A stretch of 15,096 nucleotides of DNA, taken from an uncultured Nitrososphaerota archaeon. Its GTDB lineage: Archaea; Asgardarchaeota; Njordarchaeia; Njordarchaeales; Panguiarchaeaceae. Shown in pieces: positions 1 to 7,724 of the stretch (within the stretch, counting starts at the first letter, position 1; the number at the start of each line of letters is the position of its first letter). Made by a program: the position numbers and the translations under genes. Under the pieces are notes generated by a model. It saw only the letters and a program-made list of their open reading frames with translations. It was not told the origin of the DNA and made no database searches. The stretch covers positions 1 to 15,096 of the forward strand of contig CAZWPQ010000046.1 in NCBI GenBank assembly GCA_964636085.1, written 5' to 3'.

Positions 1-1031
1 TGATCTCCACCATGAAGCGGACCATGAAGATAAACACTACCTATAGAGTAGGAAGATCTTACATCAACAAAAGCACTATCATAGGCATCTATAGTAGTGG
101 CATTAGTATTTACCAGATATATCTCCGAGGATCCCTCCCCATGGACATCCATCGATCCACCAACCTCGACATCAGACAAATAGAGGTATGCGGAGTCATG
201 TACATGAAAATTATAGGACTGAAAGCCTCTACATGTATCTATGGTAAGGTTTGAAAAGCCGTAGCCATAAGCATTAAGATTAGGAATACCAGATGTATTC
301 AGCCCGGATATATAAACCCCAGAATACTCACGTACCTCAATACTAAGCGCAGATCCAGAGAAAGTAGACCCAGAAATCCGCAACGAGGCATAATCCACCA
401 ATCTTATGTCAATACCACTCATCAAGGCCCCAGTAATATTAGCGGTCGAATTACCATACATATAGAAATGATTGATACTGATGGATCCCTGTGTTGCCTC
501 AAAATAGGAATAATCATTCATCTCAATCCTCTCCAGATAGGTATCAGAAGACAAGAAATACATGCCTGAGTAATCATGCAGAACAATCTGAGGAGCAAAG
601 TTCAAGGAATCCATCAAAACACCATTAAAAACAACCATAGAGGAATCATACGCTTCCACAAACAATGAAGCATCCCCACCAAACCTAAAAGTTGAGTTCC
701 TTATATATACTCGTGCATTTCCCTTCGTAATTATCAGTGCATATGGAGACTCGGGTTTCGTGTACATAAAAGTAACATTCTCCAACAATACTATTGAATC
801 ACCAAACACATAAATTGGCTCAGAGATGGTCAAATTCCTAATAATAACATCGAACGAATCTACTCCACTTGCCTTGAGCCTAACACTATTATCAAACCAA
901 GGTATGCTACCACCTTCTTTCGTAGGCCTTCCCTCTCCTACACTAAAAAATGGATTACCCTCTACAGAAAAAATATTTGCTGTGGCAACCACCAATAATA
1001 GACATATGATAGCCCCACTATACCTACACAT
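1..1031 (-). CDS. Secreted/surface protein with repetitive beta-strand pattern (beta-helix-like), truncated by the window edge; absent from the ORF track
   Basis: Manual translation from ATG at 1031 is open for 343 codons to the window start: MCRYSGAIICLLLVVATANIFSVEG...LLENVTF...VYIRNSTF...EAYDSS...YMYGNSTANITG...DAYDSAFVDV. It has a hydrophobic N-terminal signal peptide, several N-x-S/T sequons and recurring hxhxDxS/hxNxT turns. A GGTGGGTG SD-like motif lies upstream. Confidence 0.8.
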   Translation of the reverse strand, partial: MCRYSGAIICLLLVVATANIFSVEGNPFFSVGEGRPTKEGGSIPWFDNSVRLKASGVDSFDVIIRNLTISEPIYVFGDSIVLLENVTFMYTKPESPYALIITKGNARVYIRNSTFRFGGDASLFVEAYDSSMVVFNGVLMDSLNFAPQIVLHDYSGMYFLSSDTYLERIEMNDYSYFEATQGSISINHFYMYGNSTANITGALMSGIDIRLVDYASLRISGSTFSGSALSIEVREYSGVYISGLNTSGIPNLNAYGYGFSNLTIDTCRGFQSYNFHVHDSAYLYLSDVEVGGSMDVHGEGSSEIYLVNTNATTIDAYDSAFVDVRSSYSIGSVYLHGPLHGGD

Positions 1032-1053
1032 TTCCTAACACCCACCACATGTA

Positions 1054-1110
1054 GAGAAAGAGCACAACCAGTGCTTCCTTTCTATAGAACCACTAATTGT
1101 GCTCTTCCCC
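1054..1110 (-). promoter_or_regulatory. 5'-leader RNA hairpin of the surface protein gene
   Basis: On the minus strand GGGGAAGAGCACAAUUAGUG pairs with CACUGGUUGUGCUCUUUCUC: 20 contiguous pairs including 4 G-U, which would be A-C mismatches on the plus strand. Confidence 0.7.
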
Positions 1111-1131
1111 CGCAGAAAAAACAAAAATATA

Positions 1132-1141
1132 TATTTATAAA
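1132..1141 (-). promoter_or_regulatory. Archaeal TATA box
   Basis: TTTATAAATA on the minus strand, about 20-25 nt upstream of the hairpin start. Confidence 0.55.
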
Positions 1142-1680
1142 AAATTTTAATTACGGGGAAAATTGATAATCATTCAGAATATTCACAAAAAATCCTGACC
1201 AAAAAAATGTCAGGCTACTGTTGGTTGACGAGGATCTATAAGGAGCCTATATATAAGAATCGCCAAGTAGAGAAAAGTGAAATTAAAGAAGTTTAATCCA
1301 TTAAAACAATTGTTTAAATTTTAAGCAGTTGAAAAAGCAATAACAGTTAGCCATTAAAGGAAAGTGATATATCCATAGTCCCATGTTTTATCTATCGTAG
1401 CCAGTTCATGCATGATTGGGAAGAATCTTGCTTAGTATACTTTTGTGTTTCCGTTTCTTCTGGCGTTCTTTCCGTAGTCTAGGTTTGTAGAGCTAATCAT
1501 GCTACTATTGTTGTCTTTAGCTACTAAGACAAGTCTACAGTAACGAAATTGTAGCTTTAACCCATTTTGCATTTCTCCTTGACAAATCTTATAATATGAT
1601 AAGATTATTTTTATCATGTAGATGGTATTATATTAAGATACCATGATCGTATAGTGCGATAGGGGATTATGTGAGAATCG

Positions 1681-2373
1681 ATGGTTCCCAAGGAGATTAG
1701 ACCGAAAACACTTTTTGTCATGGTCGCGATGGTGGCTGTCGTATGTATGGTGCAATATTTGATAATTGCATATCACTTGTTGAAAATCTACTCGATTTTT
1801 AGAGAACTAGAGTATAAGCGTCTCTTAGAGAGCCAAATGATTGATCAGATAGAATTTTCACTTAACATTCTCAGTATTTTGTGTGTTTCATATGGAGCGA
1901 CATTATTATTGATCCCAGTAATAGTATTCTTTAAGAGGAAATGGTCAATGCTTGGAGACTTAGGGTTTATGGTAATTGTATTGTCTTTTGTACTAGCCTC
2001 CTATATGTTAATTCATGGAGGCATGATGTTAGGGAAATATTTAGATACTTTTCATAGTCAATCAGCGGTGGCTTGGCATACATATGTAGAAGACCCAGAA
2101 AAAGGGATTGATCTCCTTTTGGATGCTATAGATGATCTAAAGAACGCAGTACTCATATACATAAGACTTGGGCTCTTCTTTTGTTTTTATGCATATATAT
2201 TCGCCATTTGGGGTGTCATCGTGGGGGAAGAAAGCGGTAGGAAAATAAGCATAGGTTTTCTATTGCTAGGTTTTGGCCATCTATCTCTAGCATGCCCACT
2301 ACCAATAGTCAGCTGGATTACAATCCTTGGATACTTATATTGGATCTACGGGGTATGGTGCTTCGCCAGGTAA
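1681..2373 (+). CDS. Multi-pass membrane protein of unknown function
   Basis: 230-aa ORF with about 6 long hydrophobic segments; GGGGA purine tract upstream. Confidence 0.75.
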   Translation: MVPKEIRPKTLFVMVAMVAVVCMVQYLIIAYHLLKIYSIFRELEYKRLLESQMIDQIEFSLNILSILCVSYGATLLLIPVIVFFKRKWSMLGDLGFMVIVLSFVLASYMLIHGGMMLGKYLDTFHSQSAVAWHTYVEDPEKGIDLLLDAIDDLKNAVLIYIRLGLFFCFYAYIFAIWGVIVGEESGRKISIGFLLLGFGHLSLACPLPIVSWITILGYLYWIYGVWCFAR

Positions 2374-2400
2374 AAACTTGTTTGGTGGTTTATCTGAGAC

Positions 2401-2506
2401 TTGGGAGTCCTAGAAGAAGAATGCCAGAATAGCGAGAAAAATCCTAATCCAGTAGTTTAGTATGCATTCTTCTTTGGAGGTCCCAACTAAAATGTGGATT
2501 TTTCTC
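2401..2506. other. Two interleaved inverted repeats (pseudoknot-like topology)
   Basis: AAGAAGAATGC 2414-2424 / GCATTCTTCTT 2464-2474, extended by TTGGGA 2401-2406 / TCCCAA 2481-2486, interleaved with GAGAAAAATCC 2434-2444 / GGATTTTTCTC 2496-2506. Confidence 0.5.
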
Positions 2507-2618
2507 ATCTTTTGTTATGAATATTTTTCCCCAAATTTTTTCTATCTGCTACACCTTATTGCTAGTGTCAGGTAAAAATGGATAACATAGACTAGATAGA
2601 ACGAGAGTAATTGCTATA

Positions 2619-3149
2619 TTATGAGATTTTTGCTTTTATTGTCTCTATTATTGCTTTTTCTTGGAGCCTTAGTGCTTGAAGCTCTTGGCTTTTTGAGAGA
2701 ATCTCGGATTTTATTCTGGCTCTATCCTTGGCAAGTTTTAATAATCCAGTGGCATCTATTCTGCCTGCTTTTCCAATTATTTTTTCCGCTCTCTCAAGCC
2801 ATTTTTCGGCTTCTATTATATAGATCACTGTTGCCTCCTCATTAAGCAAACCTTCATAAAAAGACATTCCATGGAGCGTGGATTGCAGGGTATAGTACTT
2901 ATCGAGGAGATCTTTTTCCCTTAGACCAATCAGTATACTGCTAAACACAGGAATGGCAATATTTATTTTCTTTGTCTCTTCATAGGGGATCTTCGCAGCA
3001 ACCATTATTGCTTTTCTCATAGTTTCTACAACCAACCATGCCTTCGCAGCAGCGTCCCTAATATCGCCTTCTTTTAGTAGATTCTTTGCCTCTTCATAGA
3101 CTAGCCAAGCTTCTGAAACTAGCTTATGAACGTCCACATAAGACACCAT
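2619..3149 (-). CDS. PaREP1-family (HEPN-fold) protein with C-terminal coiled-coil-like extension
   Basis: Motifs EEAKNLLKEGDIRDAAAKAW and LHGMSFYEG match the PaREP1 pattern (GD..QA.EK.W ... LH...FYE). Confidence 0.75.
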   Translation of the reverse strand: MVSYVDVHKLVSEAWLVYEEAKNLLKEGDIRDAAAKAWLVVETMRKAIMVAAKIPYEETKKINIAIPVFSSILIGLREKDLLDKYYTLQSTLHGMSFYEGLLNEEATVIYIIEAEKWLERAEKIIGKAGRIDATGLLKLAKDRARIKSEILSKSQELQALRLQEKAIIETIKAKIS

Positions 3150-3399
3150 TTCAGAGAACCCATCAATATATAATAATGACGATTATATCTTTTAAGTCTA
3201 TTCTGAAAAACCTATGTACTCAGAGCCCATACTTATCAAATTTCCCTTTTACAAGCATATGTAGAACATATAGTACTTTTCAAAATAATATCTCCTCTAA
3301 TTATTGCTTTTTTCCTTTAATAAAACATTATTTAATCACACCTTTTGAAGTTCTACAGTGGGTTGGGCAGTAATGATGCTGTATAGAGTGGGATTATCC

Positions 3400-5190
3400 C
3401 TAGGTGCTCTGTGCTGTCTTTAGGTATTTTTCCAAGAATATTATTGTTGGTAGCATTATTTTTACTAGATCGTCCATCCTTAGGATTGCATGTCCAATAT
3501 CTGGGAGTATGTGGGTCTCAAATGTTGCTCCTTTTTGTATCAGTCTTTGTATGTAATCCATTACTGGGATCAGGGGGCATCTGGTATCGTTTTGGGGATG
3601 TATAATGCATATTGGCCTGCTGACATTTTCCACATATTCTATTGGGGATCTTTCTTTCCACAATTCCTTCTTTCCGGCAAATAATATATCTATAAATTGT
3701 CTGAATATTGCGTCACCTAGCTTATACATTTTCCCCCAGTCCACTATTCCGGCTCCCGCAATGCCACACCTCCATAATTCTGGATGCTTACCCATAGCCA
3801 AATATGTCATGTAGCCACCATAACTATATCCATAAATAGCAATCCTTTTTGGATCCGCGATATTATTGTCCATAGCCCATTTAGCAGCATATACAACATC
3901 TTGTAGATCTCCTCCACCTGGATCACCTATATCTGCATTCCTAAAATCATCACCATACCCAGTTGATCCTCTGAAGTTTGGCGCCAGAACGTGAAACCCC
4001 ATCGCGACAAGCATAGCTATGGACATCGACCAGCAATCCATAACCTCTGCCCATGGTCCTCCATGGACATACAAGACTGTGGGCCCAGGTGTTTTTGTAT
4101 TTGCCAAGATTACGTACATCGGTATTTCCAGCATATCAAAGGATTTATACTTTACGAACTCTACCCTTCTAAATTTTTTCTTTATGTAGTCTGGGAGAGT
4201 AGTTTGAAATATTGTTTTTATGGTATCGTCCTTGGTGTCGACCATTATTATTCTTGGTGGATTTATCAGGCTTGACATAGTAATGAAAATTTTGTCCTCT
4301 ACGAATACTGGAAATCCATGTATCGTTCCTTCGGGAATATATATCTCTTTTCCCTCTACGAACAGGCGCGATCTCCCATTCTTCTTTCCTTCAGCCCAGA
4401 TCTCTCCTCTATCCGTCCACCCATATGCTCCATGTTCTATGGGGTCAAATTTTTCGTAGTCTCCATATCTAAATTCCACTTTTGTTATCTCCTTTGTTTC
4501 TGGGTCATAGATATATAGTCTATTTTTTCCTTCATAGTTGCTTTCAAACAATATTTTCCCATTCAATAGTTGTGGGTATTTGTTCTGGGACCCCTCTTTT
4601 GGACTTAAAATTTCGTATTCTCCCTGCGCTAAGTCATAGATGAATAGTTCATACGTGTATGGATTCCCCCTCATATTACCGAACCCAACTATGTATCTGC
4701 CTTCAATATCGCTCACAAACGCAATAGTATCCATAACACACAGCTTTTCTAGGGATCCATCAATCTCCGCAAGATAGAGCGCATTCTCCGCAGCTGTAGA
4801 ACCAACAAAGGCCGTTTTAGATCCATCAAAAACAAGCCCAAATATCCTCATTGGATCCATCTCCACAAACAATTTTTCCTCCTCTTCCCTTAGATCCACG
4901 CAGAAAATTTTATGCTGCTCCATTCCCTTGGTTACATCTCTAATATATATGATGTACGGACTACTCGGCCTAGGCCTCGCCAATCCATGTATGGGGCCCT
5001 TTACTACGCTTCTTCTATCCCCACTATCTAGATCCATGGACCAAATACTCATTATTCCGCCCTCCGTAGTGATATATATGATCCTGTCGCAAGCCCTTCC
5101 CATAAGTGATAAGAGCGGAATCTTAACTATGTCCAATATGACACTAGAGATATACTTTATATCAGCTATATCCTCCTCATCAACAGGCAT
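3400..5190 (-). CDS. S9 family serine peptidase (acylaminoacyl peptidase / prolyl oligopeptidase-like)
   Basis: VHGGP, PNFRGSTGYG, nucleophile elbow GYSYGG, NDTRCP (Asp) and IGH (His), with an N-terminal beta-propeller-like region. Start placed at MPVDEE (5190); the ORF track extends to 5247. Confidence 0.92.
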   Translation of the reverse strand: MPVDEEDIADIKYISSVILDIVKIPLLSLMGRACDRIIYITTEGGIMSIWSMDLDSGDRRSVVKGPIHGLARPRPSSPYIIYIRDVTKGMEQHKIFCVDLREEEEKLFVEMDPMRIFGLVFDGSKTAFVGSTAAENALYLAEIDGSLEKLCVMDTIAFVSDIEGRYIVGFGNMRGNPYTYELFIYDLAQGEYEILSPKEGSQNKYPQLLNGKILFESNYEGKNRLYIYDPETKEITKVEFRYGDYEKFDPIEHGAYGWTDRGEIWAEGKKNGRSRLFVEGKEIYIPEGTIHGFPVFVEDKIFITMSSLINPPRIIMVDTKDDTIKTIFQTTLPDYIKKKFRRVEFVKYKSFDMLEIPMYVILANTKTPGPTVLYVHGGPWAEVMDCWSMSIAMLVAMGFHVLAPNFRGSTGYGDDFRNADIGDPGGGDLQDVVYAAKWAMDNNIADPKRIAIYGYSYGGYMTYLAMGKHPELWRCGIAGAGIVDWGKMYKLGDAIFRQFIDILFAGKKELWKERSPIEYVENVSRPICIIHPQNDTRCPLIPVMDYIQRLIQKGATFETHILPDIGHAILRMDDLVKIMLPTIIFLEKYLKTAQST

Positions 5191-5563
5191 AATAAACACC
5201 AAGTACTCACTAATACAAATAGAACCATGCATAAAAATACGGTGCAATCCACAAAATGAATGTTCGCCAGTAAGGGGATAAATTATGTCTCTTGAGTTAT
5301 TCTAAACTTAGCGGGAACCAGCATAGGTATGCATGGTATCTAGGATTGTTGTTACTGCATCAGAAGTTTTATTATTCAAAAATTTTTTATATTATAATTT
5401 AAAGACTTGTAACCCCCAATTCTACCCCCACTATTTGTTGGTCAATTTCTCCCAATCACTGCTTTTGTCCTTAGTATCATCAAGAGCCATAGGTATATCA
5501 AAAGTATATGAAGGGCATAGTAGATCCGACCATTGCTTCGTTCTATAAGGATAAACTGCGGGA

Positions 5564-6703
5564 TTATTCCCCATATCTATATATGGCATCATTGGGGACT
5601 CTCCTAGGTTTTTCTGTTACGGTAAGCCCGGTGGTTTGATCTATAGTATATGGCATCTTTACTATCCTGTGTAAATCATAGCGACCAGTTTTATCCCGGA
5701 AATTATAGTTGTCTACAAGACGGCCTAGCGCCGATATTATTTCTTCTATTTCCTCTACCCTAAATTCTATGCCATCGGATGGATCACAGATATATATGTG
5801 ATATCCTTTTTTACCACTAAATAAAATCCTAGTGTTGTATCCTAATGACTCCAGATACATCTTTATATGGCGTATCTTCTCTTCCAAATTCTTTTTTATC
5901 ATCTCGACATAATACTTGTAATGAATGGGAACATTCTTGTCAGAGACGTCAACATCTAGAACACCAATAACATATGGCAATGGGTGTCCTCTGCCATAAT
6001 ACTCGGCTATTGGGTTTACCATTCTGGCTATGGAATAGTAGAGCTTTATCGGATAGATCCCCCTCTTGAGTAGCCCCCTTATTTCAATCCTAAATTTTTC
6101 CTCTGGGCTATATTTAGGTGTTTTACTAAGCCTTCTCCTAAGACCGACCCACTGCCCTTTATGTGTTAGTATTCTGATGTGTCTCTTGGCTAAATGATCT
6201 ACGATCCATGCAGGAAAACTGTACTGCGAATAATATCTCTCAATACTGTCCTGGTCTGGTCTGAATATGTATATTTCGGCATGATTCTTTGGAATATCTG
6301 GAGATGTTTCCCTTGCCAATATTATACACCGCTTAAACCCAAGAATCTTCTTCTTTTTCAAGTAATACTTAAGCCAAGACTCATCAAGAACCCCCCAGTG
6401 AACCTCCACCATCGTTTTTTCCCCAAAGTTGACACCATCAATCTCACGCTGGATCCCATTTATATTGAACACAACAGAATGCAGAAATCCCATATCTAAC
6501 AGCTTGCTGACAGCGAAAAGGCCCCTATACTCCAGCCACTCGCTCCGAGTCCGCTCATGCCTATTCTTCTTGTATATCACTATGACCCCATCCTTTATTT
6601 TTCTTCTAAATAGCTCCCCACTTAATGGATCCATGTTCTTACCTTCATAGGTACGATTAATATATGTTAATACATCATCGAGATCTCTTTCCTCGATATT
6701 CAT
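5564..6703 (-). CDS. Fusion protein: N-terminal PD-(D/E)xK-like domain plus C-terminal archaeo-eukaryotic primase (PriS-like) catalytic domain
   Basis: AEP motifs: GVLDVD (DxD at 5948-5956), FSGKKGYH (5798-5818) and DLHRIVKMPYT...TG, plus the PriS-like ERYY and KLYYSIA...P elements. The N-terminus has WLE...REIDGV...MVEVH. Start placed at MNIEER (6703) with GGGTG upstream; a TTG at 6754 is possible. Confidence 0.8.
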   Translation of the reverse strand: MNIEERDLDDVLTYINRTYEGKNMDPLSGELFRRKIKDGVIVIYKKNRHERTRSEWLEYRGLFAVSKLLDMGFLHSVVFNINGIQREIDGVNFGEKTMVEVHWGVLDESWLKYYLKKKKILGFKRCIILARETSPDIPKNHAEIYIFRPDQDSIERYYSQYSFPAWIVDHLAKRHIRILTHKGQWVGLRRRLSKTPKYSPEEKFRIEIRGLLKRGIYPIKLYYSIARMVNPIAEYYGRGHPLPYVIGVLDVDVSDKNVPIHYKYYVEMIKKNLEEKIRHIKMYLESLGYNTRILFSGKKGYHIYICDPSDGIEFRVEEIEEIISALGRLVDNYNFRDKTGRYDLHRIVKMPYTIDQTTGLTVTEKPRRVPNDAIYRYGE

Positions 6704-6849
6704 TGTTAGAGAAACACCCTTGAGTATTATTACCAGCTTCAATATGGGCACCAACCATATAATCTATAGAAATTAGACAAATATATATGGCATAACCCAC
6801 CCATACCATTAACAATAACACATAGATAAGACCACATGCTGATGATTAA

Positions 6850-6886
6850 ACAACATATTAATGTTGTATCTTAAAAATAGTTTTTC
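6850..6886. promoter_or_regulatory. Candidate operator palindrome next to a TATA/BRE-like element in the divergent intergenic region
   Basis: ACAACAT-N4-ATGTTGT at 6850-6867; the minus strand reads GAAAAA-CTATTTTTAAG immediately upstream of it. Confidence 0.4.
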
Positions 6887-6899
6887 ATATATTATATTA

Positions 6900-6994
6900 C
6901 CCCCGTTGGCGGTTTTTTGAAAGATGAGCCCCATCTCGGGGCCGATGATTAGTAAAACCGCTGAAATTCGCGAATTTCCACCCGCCAACGGGGG
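6900..6994 (+). ncRNA. Putative structured RNA or cis-element with K-turn / C-D box-like motifs
   Basis: Perfect 13-bp terminal inverted repeat CCCCCGTTGGCGG / CCGCCAACGGGGG; internal GCCCC/GGGGC hairpin flanked by two GATGA motifs; CTGA at 6961-6964; 16-bp palindrome GAAATTCGCGAATTTC at 6963-6978. It is a GC-rich island in AT-rich intergenic DNA. Confidence 0.6.
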
Positions 6995-7068
6995 CCCTCA
7001 CTTGCAGTTATAAGCATGGGGACTTAGATTTGATAAAGTCCACATCGCTCTATTGCAAACTATACAGA

Positions 7069-7698
7069 ATGACTAAATGGAAATGGGATGAGCTCCGGTC
7101 TATACCTAATGTAGTTGTGGCGAAATTGTACGCCATTGAGAAATTCCCATCAATACTTGGTCTTGGTGAAGATAGATTAAGAAGGATGCTTGATAGGTAT
7201 CCTCCTCCGCTTATCTTTCTTCTGCCCAGAAAACGCGCCATTGCTCTATTCTCAATTTTTGCTGGTCTTGTTGCCGAAATGGAGCACCAAAATCCTCCCG
7301 CAAGTTTTGATCTTATAGCCGATTTCTTTGAGGTTGATTTAGAGCAGGATTTGCAATATTATTTGAGGTATAGACTATGCTTATATAAATTGGTGGCGCC
7401 TGTTAGGCATCTACTTGGACTCCCACAAAGGACAGATCCTTATCGCTATGAAGTGTCCCTAAGTGACGCTGAGGCACATCTCCTCATGAGATTTAGTTCA
7501 CCAGCTAGCATTATGAGGGAGATCTATAATATTGCTAAGCTACATAATATTAGAGGCTCGGTAATATTCACATACTCCCTTGTACATACCTTAGACAGAA
7601 TAGCGCGATACCTTAGAATGCGGGAGGAGGGGCTTATTCATAGGTCAATAGACTACTTGGCTAGGAGATATAGGAGTATTCTTGGGGGACTATACTAG
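7069..7698 (+). CDS. Hypothetical alpha-helical protein (weak resemblance to a TFB/cyclin-like repeat)
   Basis: 209-aa ORF from ATG at 7069 (the track starts at TTG 7030). Basic and Leu/Tyr-rich; PASFDLIADFFEVD resembles the TFB PRTLDEIA...VD segment. Confidence 0.65.
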   Translation: MTKWKWDELRSIPNVVVAKLYAIEKFPSILGLGEDRLRRMLDRYPPPLIFLLPRKRAIALFSIFAGLVAEMEHQNPPASFDLIADFFEVDLEQDLQYYLRYRLCLYKLVAPVRHLLGLPQRTDPYRYEVSLSDAEAHLLMRFSSPASIMREIYNIAKLHNIRGSVIFTYSLVHTLDRIARYLRMREEGLIHRSIDYLARRYRSILGGLY

Positions 7699-7724
7699 TG
7701 ATATTGAATAAATTCTTGACAGAT

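Noticed and set aside
12-1038. Plus-strand ORFs 12-254 and 826-1038
   Set aside because: Antisense shadows of the minus-strand surface protein gene.
1194-1315. CCTGAC-N9-GTCAGG and the palindrome AAACAATTGTTT
   Set aside because: Short enough to arise by chance and not clearly tied to a promoter.
1432-1617. 61-aa minus-strand ORF
   Set aside because: No recognisable motif or SD; at most part of a decayed gene.
3086-5548. Short plus-strand ORFs over or next to the PaREP1 and peptidase genes
   Set aside because: Antisense or low-complexity frames with no protein-like motifs.
6942-6980. Hammerhead ribozyme-like CCGAUGA...GAAA
   Set aside because: The core is CCGA rather than CUGA, there is no stem II between the motifs, and the stem I/III geometry does not fit.
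6900-6994. MITE, SECIS, tRNA or fluoride riboswitch interpretation
   Set aside because: No target-site duplication or second copy in the window; the helix above the GA core is too short for SECIS and lacks apical AA; no T-loop or cloverleaf; no crcB pseudoknot pairing.
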